Shown: piece by piece, positions 47,429-54,657 of the stretch
Position numbering within the stretch: position 1 is the first letter of the stretch
Layout of the letters: every line of letters begins with the position of its first letter
NCBI GenBank assembly: GCA_964202565.1
Contig: CAXNJE010000001.1
Location: 315-64,314 of the forward strand
Direction: 5' to 3'
From: Breznakiellaceae bacterium
GTDB taxonomy: Bacteria > Spirochaetota > Spirochaetia > Treponematales > Breznakiellaceae
Length of the DNA: 64,000 bases
The notes under the pieces: model-generated
What the model saw: the letters and a program-made list of their open reading frames with translations, nothing else
What the model was told of the DNA's origin: nothing
The model's database searches: none
Translations under genes and position numbers: made by a program

Positions 47429-49018
47429 ATGTCGCCAACAAATATGCTTCGACGTACCGAAATTCATGTACGCTTACTGGCTCTCTCATTAACATCGCTA
47501 GCCTTCATCCTGGGCTTCTTTTCCTGCGCGGGAGCCCCCGATTCGGTTCCACAAGTCCTTCCACCCAGTGTCGTAACGCCTTCGCAGGAGGAAGCTCCGG
47601 TGGTTGCAATTCCGGCACCCGAGCCCGAGCCGGCACCCGAACCCGAGCCGGCACCCGAGCCAGCACCCGAACCCGAGCCGGAGGTGGCACCCGAACCCGA
47701 GGCACTCCCTCAACTTCCCCCTTTGCCTCCCGCCATTCCAAGCGTTGAAGACCGTTTGTCGGAAATTTCCCGTATGCTCTCTTCCGGGAAAGCGGAGGCT
47801 GCCCTTTTGCTTTTTGACCTTCCTCCGCTTTCGGATTCTGAAGATTCAAGCCTCGCCCTGCTCAAGGCCTCAATCCTCAGTTCCCTGGGGAAAGCCGCGG
47901 ATGCGCGTGCCATTGCCCAGTCGTTGGTTAAGGCGGACCCTTCCAATGCAGAAGCCTTATTCGTTTTGGCCGCTGCCGAAGGCGCCGCGGGCAAGACCAA
48001 GGAGCGAAAGGCGCTACTCGAGAAGACCATCGCCGCTGATCCCAAACATTCCGCAGCCCTGGCAGCCCTGGGCACCATCGCATTGGGTTCAAAGATTTTT
48101 AAGCTTGCGGAAACCTATTACGACAAAAGCCTTGAAAGTGACCCTCGGGGTATGGAAGCCCTGATTGGCAAGGCCCGCATGCGCAGGGTTTTCGACGACC
48201 CATCCGGCGCGGAGGCTGTCCTCAATTTTGCCATGAAGGAATTCCCCGACTGGGCCCTTCCCCTTGCGGAAAGGGCGAAGGTGTATCGGGAGAAAGGCTT
48301 CCTGACCCATGCCCTGGCCGATCTGAGCAAGGCCCGCTTGCTTGACCCGGAAGATTACTGGATAGCCTTGGATCGTGGGGTCGTGCTTTTCGATCTTGAG
48401 CGGCAGGATGATGCACTGGCCGAATTTGATCAGGCGGCAAAACTTCAACCAGACCACTTCCTCTCCTACGTTTACAGTTCCGGAATTCGTGATGAACTGG
48501 GGGATTGGGCTGGTGCGGAACACGACTACGCCAGACTGGCGGCGTTGAAACCCGACTATTACTATGCGAATGAGGCGCTTGGCATACTGAGGATGCGGGA
48601 CGGTCGCTGGGCTTCTGCAGCGGATGCCTTTATCGACGCCTTTAAACGGGCACCACACCAGTCCCAATACGCCCTCTTGGTGTCCCTTTGCTGGATGCAT
48701 TCCGGTAAAACCGCCGAAATAAGGCCATTTCTGGCTAAAGTACTTCCAACGGTGAACCGTACCGTGCTGGAATGGTATCTGTTAAGGCTTTTTCACGATC
48801 AATCGGGGGACACAGACATCGCGATCAGAATCGATAAGGAAACGGATTGGGACAAACGGGCGAGGATGCTATACTATCTTGCGCAGTATTATGCGGCCAA
48901 AGGTGACAGCGGACTCGCGATTCGTTACCATCTGCAGGTGCGTGATATGGACCGCCGGGGAATAATCGAGTGGCGGCTCAACGAGTGGGCTCTCGACACG
49001 TACCAGCCCAAAGGTTGA
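47429..49018 (+). CDS. TPR-repeat protein, probable lipoprotein, with a Pro/Glu/Ala-rich linker
   Basis: Signal peptide ending ...ILGFFSCAG, a (PEPEPA)n low-complexity tract, then multiple TPR-like repeats. Start uncertain (TTG 47402, ATG 47429 or ATG 47444). Confidence 0.6.
   Translation: MSPTNMLRRTEIHVRLLALSLTSLAFILGFFSCAGAPDSVPQVLPPSVVTPSQEEAPVVAIPAPEPEPAPEPEPAPEPAPEPEPEVAPEPEALPQLPPLPPAIPSVEDRLSEISRMLSSGKAEAALLLFDLPPLSDSEDSSLALLKASILSSLGKAADARAIAQSLVKADPSNAEALFVLAAAEGAAGKTKERKALLEKTIAADPKHSAALAALGTIALGSKIFKLAETYYDKSLESDPRGMEALIGKARMRRVFDDPSGAEAVLNFAMKEFPDWALPLAERAKVYREKGFLTHALADLSKARLLDPEDYWIALDRGVVLFDLERQDDALAEFDQAAKLQPDHFLSYVYSSGIRDELGDWAGAEHDYARLAALKPDYYYANEALGILRMRDGRWASAADAFIDAFKRAPHQSQYALLVSLCWMHSGKTAEIRPFLAKVLPTVNRTVLEWYLLRLFHDQSGDTDIAIRIDKETDWDKRARMLYYLAQYYAAKGDSGLAIRYHLQVRDMDRRGIIEWRLNEWALDTYQPKG
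47612..47703. repeat. imperfect short tandem repeats encoding the PEPEPA tract
   Basis: Reiterated CCCGA(G/A)CC(C/G)GAGCC(G/A)GCA units, visible directly in the sequence. Confidence 0.8.
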
Positions 49019-49022
49019 TCAG

Positions 49023-50012
49023 ATGGTCCCATCCGGTTCGTTTGCACGGCTTATTTCTGCCCTGAACGGATCGGGAGCTCCTGTCGTGGTAATCCAGCCC
49101 CATGACGATCCCGACCATGACGCGGTCGCCGCGGCTTTCGGCCTTTCCCGCCTGCTTGATCGCGCGGGGTTTTCGCCCCGCATAATGCATCGTGGACAAG
49201 TCCGGAGTCATTCGCTCAAACTGATGATCGCCCACTTGGGCATCGTGCTGGAACGGGTTTGCGAACCCCTCGAAGGTGATCTGGCAAATGCTCCCTGTGT
49301 CATCGTCGACGGCAGCCCGGTGTATTCCAACGCCCGTCCGCTGACGAATTCATTGTTGGGGGTAATCGATCACCATCCGAATCCTGGTGCCATCTCCTGT
49401 CCTTTTATGGATATACGAACAAGTTACGGCGCCTGCGCCTCCATAGTATCCGATTATTGGATGGATGCTTCCCTGGATGCCGACCGAGGAGCGGCGACGG
49501 CCCTCCTTATGGGCATACAGATCGATACCGACTTCCTGTCACGCCGGGTGAGCCCTGCGGATCTGGAAGCCCACCACCGACTTTTTTTCAGGGCCGATTG
49601 GGAGTTCGTCACCCATGTAGTCAAGGCCTCCCTTTCGCTGGATGATCTTCCGGCGTTCGAAGCCGCGGTCAGGCAATCCCGGGTTGATGGTTGCCTTTTT
49701 TTTACCATCGTGCCTATGGATTGCTCACAGGAACTCATTTCCATCATGGCGGATTTTTTTCTCCGTTTGAAAGAAATCTGTCTTACCGTAATTGTCGAAA
49801 AGGGCGGAGGTCGATACCATGTGTCGGTCCGCAGCCGCTCTGCAGACCTTTCCGCAGCGTACGTCATACGACGTGTTTTGGTGGGGATTGGCAAAGGTGG
49901 TGGCCACGATCATATGGCGGGCGGCATTATAGAACCCGACCGTTTCCCGGGCGAGGATGCTCTCTTTGCCAGATTCATAGAAGCGGCAGAAACCGCCCAG
50001 GAGAACCAATGA
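49023..50012 (+). CDS. DHH-family phosphoesterase (NrnA-like)
   Basis: DHH motifs HDDPDHDAV, DGS and VIDHHPN, plus a C-terminal DHHA1-like GGGH. Confidence 0.75.
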   Translation: MVPSGSFARLISALNGSGAPVVVIQPHDDPDHDAVAAAFGLSRLLDRAGFSPRIMHRGQVRSHSLKLMIAHLGIVLERVCEPLEGDLANAPCVIVDGSPVYSNARPLTNSLLGVIDHHPNPGAISCPFMDIRTSYGACASIVSDYWMDASLDADRGAATALLMGIQIDTDFLSRRVSPADLEAHHRLFFRADWEFVTHVVKASLSLDDLPAFEAAVRQSRVDGCLFFTIVPMDCSQELISIMADFFLRLKEICLTVIVEKGGGRYHVSVRSRSADLSAAYVIRRVLVGIGKGGGHDHMAGGIIEPDRFPGEDALFARFIEAAETAQENQ

Positions 50013-51187
50013 ACGGAACTGTACGACGCCTGACCCTACGGGACCGCGAGTTCATACTCGTAGGAACCGCCCATGTTTCACGGGAAAGCGTCGATGAAGT
50101 CGCCCGCGTCATCCAGGAAGAACACCCGGATCGTGTGTGCGTTGAAATGGATGAAGGCCGGCTCCGCGCGATGCGTGACACTGCATCTTGGGAAAAGCTC
50201 GACATCGTCAAGGTATTGAAGGATGGGAGGGGCTTCCTTCTCATGGCCAACCTGGCGCTTTCCAGTTTTCAGAGACGGCTGGGAGAAGGCCTTGGCGTAA
50301 AGCCTGGTGACGAGATGAAGCGCGCCGTGGATGTCGCCGATGAGCTGGGGATTTCCTGGTCCCTGTGCGATCGCGAGGTCCAGCTCACTTTGAAACGGGC
50401 TTGGTCCAAGTGCGGTTTCTGGAGTAAGAACAAGCTGATCGCCGCCCTTTTATCCAGCGCCCTCAGCAATGAGAAACTTGAGGAAGGCCAAATCGAATCC
50501 CTCAAGAACCAGAACGAGCTTGACGGTATGATGGCCGAACTCGCGGCTTACCTGCCCGCAGTCAAGGAAACTCTGATCGACGAACGGGATCGTTATCTGG
50601 CTACGCGTATCTATTTGAGCGAGGGCAACAAAATAGTAGCCGTAATCGGTGCCGGGCATATGGAAGGCGTCGTTACCCGTCTGGCCGAATTGGATACTGG
50701 AACCCTAAGTACCGACTTGGGTGAGCTGGAAAAGGTTCCGCCCCCTGGCTTTTTTGCGCGGGCCGCTCCGTGGTTGGTCCCTACACTCATAGTTGCGCTC
50801 ATAATCGCTGGCTTCTTCTACGCCGGTGCTGATATCAGCCTATCCATGTTGCTGCGTTGGGCGTTATGGAATGGGTCCCTTGCAGCTTTGGGGACTGCGC
50901 TGGCACTTGGGCATCCTCTGGCAATCCTGACTGCCTTTTTTGGTGCCCCTGTCGCCACCATAAATCCACTAGTTGGCGTCGGTCTTTTTGCAGGCGTGGT
51001 CCAGGCGACCGTGCGCAAACCCCAAGTGAAGGACTTGGAATTTCTGGGTGCCGATGTTACCAGTGTAAAGGGGTTTTACCGCAACCGCATCACCAGAACC
51101 CTGCTGGTGTTTTTTCTTTCATCGTTGGGGGGAATGATAGGCAATTTCATCTCCATACCCTACATCACGAGCCTTATGGTGAAGTGA
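50009..51187 (+). CDS. TraB/GumN-family protein
   Basis: The ATG at 50009 overlaps the DHH stop. N-terminal LVGTAHVSRESV signature and C-terminal TM helices. Confidence 0.75.
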   Translation: MNGTVRRLTLRDREFILVGTAHVSRESVDEVARVIQEEHPDRVCVEMDEGRLRAMRDTASWEKLDIVKVLKDGRGFLLMANLALSSFQRRLGEGLGVKPGDEMKRAVDVADELGISWSLCDREVQLTLKRAWSKCGFWSKNKLIAALLSSALSNEKLEEGQIESLKNQNELDGMMAELAAYLPAVKETLIDERDRYLATRIYLSEGNKIVAVIGAGHMEGVVTRLAELDTGTLSTDLGELEKVPPPGFFARAAPWLVPTLIVALIIAGFFYAGADISLSMLLRWALWNGSLAALGTALALGHPLAILTAFFGAPVATINPLVGVGLFAGVVQATVRKPQVKDLEFLGADVTSVKGFYRNRITRTLLVFFLSSLGGMIGNFISIPYITSLMVK

Positions 51188-51253
51188 GCATCCAGAGGCC
51201 TCCCTTTGCCGGATCCAGGTTCGGCAAAGGTTCCAATGGCTCCATCAGGCAAT

Positions 51254-51283
51254 AAAAAAGCCCGGCATTAAGCCGGGCTTTTT
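51254..51283. terminator. bidirectional intrinsic terminator
   Basis: AAAAAA-GCCCGGC-ATTAA-GCCGGGC-TTTTT, between convergent genes. Confidence 0.75.
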
Positions 51284-51305
51284 CACGCTTGCGCGTTATC
51301 TGCGA

Positions 51306-51581
51306 TTACCAGCGGGAATTGCTCTCGCGGCGGGGTTTGTCCATCGCTTCGTTCACTTTGAGCTGGCGACCGTCGTACTCGCGGCCGTTGGTTCCGGCGA
51401 TGGCAGCGCGTGCCTCGTCATCGGTGCTCATTTCCACAAAGCCGAAGCCTTTGGAGCTTCCGGTGTCGCGGTCGGTGATGATCTTGACTGATTCTACATT
51501 GCCGTACGCGGCGAAGAGGTTACGAAGACCGTCCTCGTAGGTGTTGTAGCTGAGGTTTCCGACATAGAGTTTCTTGGCCAT
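51306..51581 (-). CDS. RRM-type RNA-binding protein
   Basis: RNP2 LYVGNL and RNP1 KGFGFVEM. 91 aa. Confidence 0.85.
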   Translation of the reverse strand: MAKKLYVGNLSYNTYEDGLRNLFAAYGNVESVKIITDRDTGSSKGFGFVEMSTDDEARAAIAGTNGREYDGRQLKVNEAMDKPRRESNSRW

Positions 51582-51627
51582 GGTGGGCCCTTCCTTCGTC
51601 TGGGCGCTAGTCCAGACTTTCTTGTTC

Positions 51628-51646
51628 CGCCTATCCAGGATAAGCG
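51628..51646 (-). promoter_or_regulatory. conserved 5'-leader hairpin, copy 1
   Basis: On the minus strand: CGCUUAUC-CUG-GAUAGGCG, an 8-bp stem with one G-U pair. It ends 46 nt upstream of the ATG and is preceded by GAAA. Confidence 0.4.
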
Positions 51647-51860
51647 TTTCCTACCGCGCAGTCGAGTAAAAAACTCCTGATGCGATAGGTAAACGAGCGG
51701 AGAGACGGACAGGTCGGGCGGTGCTTTTCCAAGCTGTAAACGTTACCAAGTCGGTTTTCATGAACCACACCATGTGAATGGCGCATTTCAGGAACTTCGA
51801 AAGGAGATCATCAACGGGAAAGGACTTTTCGTTGTCTTGAGTTTCTCTCACTCTGCATTT

Positions 51861-51889
51861 ATATTAGTACAGCTACGAGAATTAGTCAA
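51861..51889 (-). promoter_or_regulatory. candidate sigma-70 promoter of the first RRM gene
   Basis: On the minus strand: TTGACT-17 nt-TAATAT. Implies a leader of about 270 nt. Confidence 0.5.
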
Positions 51890-51916
51890 GCTACATATCG
51901 AACTCGGTGAAGCAAT

Positions 51917-51948
51917 AAAAAACCCGGACATGATGACCGGGTTTTTTT
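51917..51948 (-). terminator. intrinsic terminator of the second RRM gene
   Basis: On the minus strand: AAAAAAACCCGG-loop-CCGGGUUUUUUAUU, 10 nt after the stop codon. Confidence 0.7.
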
Positions 51949-51958
51949 GGAGAACCGA

Positions 51959-52258
51959 TTACCAGCGGCCGCCGTAGCCACCACCACCACCGGAGTCACG
52001 ATCGCGACGGGGCTTGTCCATGGCCTCGTTTACGCGGAGCTGGCGACCATCGAGCTCTTGACCGTTGGCACCGGCAATAGCTGCGCTCGCTTCCTCATCC
52101 GTGCTCATCTCGACGAAGCCGAAGCCTTTGGAGCTACCGGTGTCGCGATCGAAAACGATCTTGGCAGACATAACATTACCGAAACCCGAAAAAAGGTTGC
52201 GGAGTCCGTCCTCGGAGGTGTTGTAGGAGAGGTTACCGACGTAAAGTTTCTTGGCCAT
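51959..52258 (-). CDS. RRM-type RNA-binding protein with glycine-rich tail
   Basis: RNP2 LYVGNL, RNP1 KGFGFVEM, and a C-terminal SGGGGGYGGRW. Paralogue of the gene at 51306-51581. Confidence 0.85.
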   Translation of the reverse strand: MAKKLYVGNLSYNTSEDGLRNLFSGFGNVMSAKIVFDRDTGSSKGFGFVEMSTDEEASAAIAGANGQELDGRQLRVNEAMDKPRRDRDSGGGGGYGGRW

Positions 52259-52306
52259 CGAAAAAAGTCCTTCTCCCGGAGATGCGTCCGGGCGCGCGAT
52301 TTATCT

Positions 52307-52325
52307 CGCTTATCAAATATAAGCG
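52307..52325 (-). promoter_or_regulatory. conserved 5'-leader hairpin, copy 2
   Basis: On the minus strand: CGCUUAU-AUUUG-AUAAGCG, a 7-bp stem. It ends 48 nt upstream of the ATG and is preceded by AAAA. Confidence 0.4.
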
Positions 52326-52438
52326 TTTTTCGCACTCCGTACGGAGTTGCGAAGGAGACTGTATTGTGGGGGATTGCTTGATTCGGATCGGGTTGAAGGG
52401 TGTGAAGATCTTTGGTTGTACTCGATCGCCGACGGCTT

Positions 52439-52468
52439 ATTATGGCCGCATACAATTGTGCTATTCAA
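52439..52468 (-). promoter_or_regulatory. candidate promoter of the second RRM gene
   Basis: On the minus strand: TTGAAT-18 nt-CATAAT. Implies a leader of about 170 nt. Confidence 0.3.
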
Positions 52469-52506
52469 ATTAATCCCGCTCAGAAAGAAAGATAACTCAA
52501 AGAGTT

Positions 52507-53952
52507 CTAGTCGTCAAGTGTTGCTGCCTTCACTTTTTTATCCCCAAAAATTATCCGTATGCTGGATCGTAAATCGGCTGCTGCGGTCCATGTTTCGGGG
52601 CCGTCACGATCACCCGCATCGTTGCGGACGATGGATTCGTTGCGGGGTCCGACGAAACGTTCGAAACCCAGAGCGCGGGCGGCTTTTACCCTTGAAGCCA
52701 GGCGTCGGACCGGGCGCAATTCGCCGGCAAGGCTCAATTCACCCGCGACGGCTAACCGGGAAGGAAGGGGCAAGCCGGTTCGCGCGGAGTACAGGGCCGC
52801 TGCCAAGGCCAGTTCCACGCCGACTTCGGCTATGCGTATGCCTCCGGCGACATTGACGTAGAGGTCGTGGTCGGAAAAGCGTATGCCAAGGTGCTTTTCC
52901 AGTACCGCAGCGACCCGCGAAACGCGGGCATTATCCACCCGGTCGGAGAAAACCCTGCTCATGGCGCCTTTTGAGGGTACGGTCAGGGCCTGGATCTCAA
53001 CCATCAGCACCCGGGAACCTTCCAATACGGCAGCCGTGGCGATACCTGCGGGCAGTTCTCCCTCGCGGCGCACCAGAAAAAGAGTCGACGGATCGTCCAC
53101 CGGGGTCAGACCCTTGTCGCCCATGGTAAAAATGCCTATCTCGTCCACCGAGCCAAAGCGGTTTTTGGCAGCCCGCAGGAAGCGGCTGTCCGCGTCGTTC
53201 TGTTCAAAATAAAGGACCGTGTCCACCAGATGTTCCAGGCTCTTGGGGCCTGCTATGATGCCGTCCTTGGTTACATGGGCTACCAGGAATAGCGCCGCGT
53301 CTCGTTCCTTTACCCAGGATACCAGTTCGTGGGCGCAATACTTCATCTGGTTGACCGTACCGGGCACAGGTCCTATCTCCGGAGAGTGGAGGGTCTGCAC
53401 CGAATCCACGATTATGATGACCGGTTTGACGGCTTCCAGGATATGAGCCACCTCGTCCAGTCGGGCGGAGCAGAAAAGTTCTATCCGCTCGCCGCTTATG
53501 CCCAGGCGGTCGGCCCGCATCCGTATCTGCCCGGCGGATTCCTCGCCGGAAATATAGAGCACCCGCCCTTTGGTGCCACACGAAGCCGCAGCCTGCAATA
53601 ACAAGGTGGATTTGCCTATACCCGGCTCGCCGCCCACGAGTATGGCCGACTTCTTCATGATGCCGCCACCCAGTACCCGGTCCAGTTCGCCTATGCCGCT
53701 GGAGATCCTGGTTCCTTCGTCGGGATCCACCGCCGTAAGCGGCAAGGACCCCGTTCCGGAAGCCGCTCCCGTGCCGCTTCTACCCAGGCCACCCGCAGTC
53801 ATGGCCCGTAAACCTGTGGCAGCAACCGGTGCCGAGATGGCCGTTTCTTCCAGCGTGTTCCATTCCCCGCATTGGGGACAACGCCCCAACCATTTGGGTT
53901 CCTCGTGGGAACAACCGGAACATCGGTACAGGACGGTTTTAGGTTTCTTCAT
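52507..53952 (-). CDS. radA: DNA repair protein RadA
   Basis: N-terminal zinc finger CSGCSHEEPKWLGRCPQCGEWNT, Walker A GGEPGIGKST, the KNRFG motif, and a Lon-like C-terminus. Confidence 0.9.
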   Translation of the reverse strand: MKKPKTVLYRCSGCSHEEPKWLGRCPQCGEWNTLEETAISAPVAATGLRAMTAGGLGRSGTGAASGTGSLPLTAVDPDEGTRISSGIGELDRVLGGGIMKKSAILVGGEPGIGKSTLLLQAAASCGTKGRVLYISGEESAGQIRMRADRLGISGERIELFCSARLDEVAHILEAVKPVIIIVDSVQTLHSPEIGPVPGTVNQMKYCAHELVSWVKERDAALFLVAHVTKDGIIAGPKSLEHLVDTVLYFEQNDADSRFLRAAKNRFGSVDEIGIFTMGDKGLTPVDDPSTLFLVRREGELPAGIATAAVLEGSRVLMVEIQALTVPSKGAMSRVFSDRVDNARVSRVAAVLEKHLGIRFSDHDLYVNVAGGIRIAEVGVELALAAALYSARTGLPLPSRLAVAGELSLAGELRPVRRLASRVKAARALGFERFVGPRNESIVRNDAGDRDGPETWTAAADLRSSIRIIFGDKKVKAATLDD

Positions 53953-54058
53953 GGTGTTGGATTACGAGTATAGCCAGAACGGGAAAAAATACCTACACCT
54001 TTGGTGGTTTTGATAGTTTATTCATTATCAGTTAAGCGGATATTTCAATTCATAAGCA

Positions 54059-54433
54059 TCACGCCCGTAGTATCTTCTCGATGGCCTTGCCCTTTGCCAG
54101 TTCATCCACCAGTTTATCCAAATAGCGGACTTTTTGGATCACGGGGTCTTCAATTTCTTCCACACGATAACCGCAAATCAGGCCTGTTATTTTGGAAACA
54201 TTGGGATGCAGCTGCGGGGCTTGGTTAAAGAAGGTCTCAAAATCGCTTTGCTTATCGATCTGCTCTTGCAACTCTTCTTGATCATATCCTGTCAGCCAAC
54301 AGATGATTGTATCCACCTCCTCCTTGGTGCGTCCTTTTCTTGCTGCTTTTTGTATGTACAACGGATATACATTGCCAAAAACCATTTTATAAACCCTCTC
54401 GGCGTTCATGCTGCTTTTAGAATGTTCCCCCAT
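54059..54433 (-). CDS. DUF2200-like small protein
   Basis: 124 aa with GGAGG 6 nt upstream. The sequence (VYPLYIQKAARKGRTKEEVDTIICWLTGY) matches my recollection of DUF2200. The gene is visibly more A/T-rich than its flanks. Confidence 0.55.
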   Translation of the reverse strand: MGEHSKSSMNAERVYKMVFGNVYPLYIQKAARKGRTKEEVDTIICWLTGYDQEELQEQIDKQSDFETFFNQAPQLHPNVSKITGLICGYRVEEIEDPVIQKVRYLDKLVDELAKGKAIEKILRA

Positions 54434-54480
54434 ACTTTTCCTCCCTGAAAAGCGCCTTTGTCAATTCAATTTACCACCAA

Positions 54481-54618
54481 CCGGAAATCCCTTCCAGCTT
54501 AATGGTTGAAGTTCCGTAACATAATGACTGGAGTTCCTCCGGAACTCCAACGGAAATCCCTTCCGCTTAATGGCTGGAGTTCCGTAGGAACTCCATTGGA
54601 TTTTCCTACGGAAAATCC
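54481..54618. repeat. composite repeat region: two ~38-bp imperfect direct repeats and three TTCC-N3-GGAA palindromes
   Basis: Direct repeats at 54481-54520 and 54550-54588. Palindromes: GGAGTTCC-TCC-GGAACTCC (54530-54548), GGAGTTCC-GTA-GGAACTCC (54576-54594) and GGATTTTCC-TAC-GGAAAATCC (54598-54618). Confidence 0.85.
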
Positions 54619-54621
54619 ACC

Positions 54622-54651
54622 TTGACTTGCGAAGAAATCCGATCGTATCCT
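54622..54651 (+). promoter_or_regulatory. candidate promoter of the adenylate cyclase gene, leaderless geometry
   Basis: TTGACT-18 nt-TATCCT, with the ATG at 54658 lying 6 nt after the -10 hexamer. Confidence 0.4.
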
Positions 54652-54657
54652 ATTGGG

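Noticed and set aside
51651-51851. 66-aa ORF inside the long leader of the first RRM gene.
   Set aside because: It has no ribosome-binding site and no motif. It lies downstream of the candidate promoter within what is more simply a 5' UTR.
54481-54588. Possible mini-CRISPR array: two ~38-bp repeats with a 69-bp period.
   Set aside because: There are only two copies, and they differ by two mismatches and an indel. The 'spacer' itself contains part of the repeat and a palindrome. No cas genes or leader are present. I interpret the region as an operator or repeat-element region instead.
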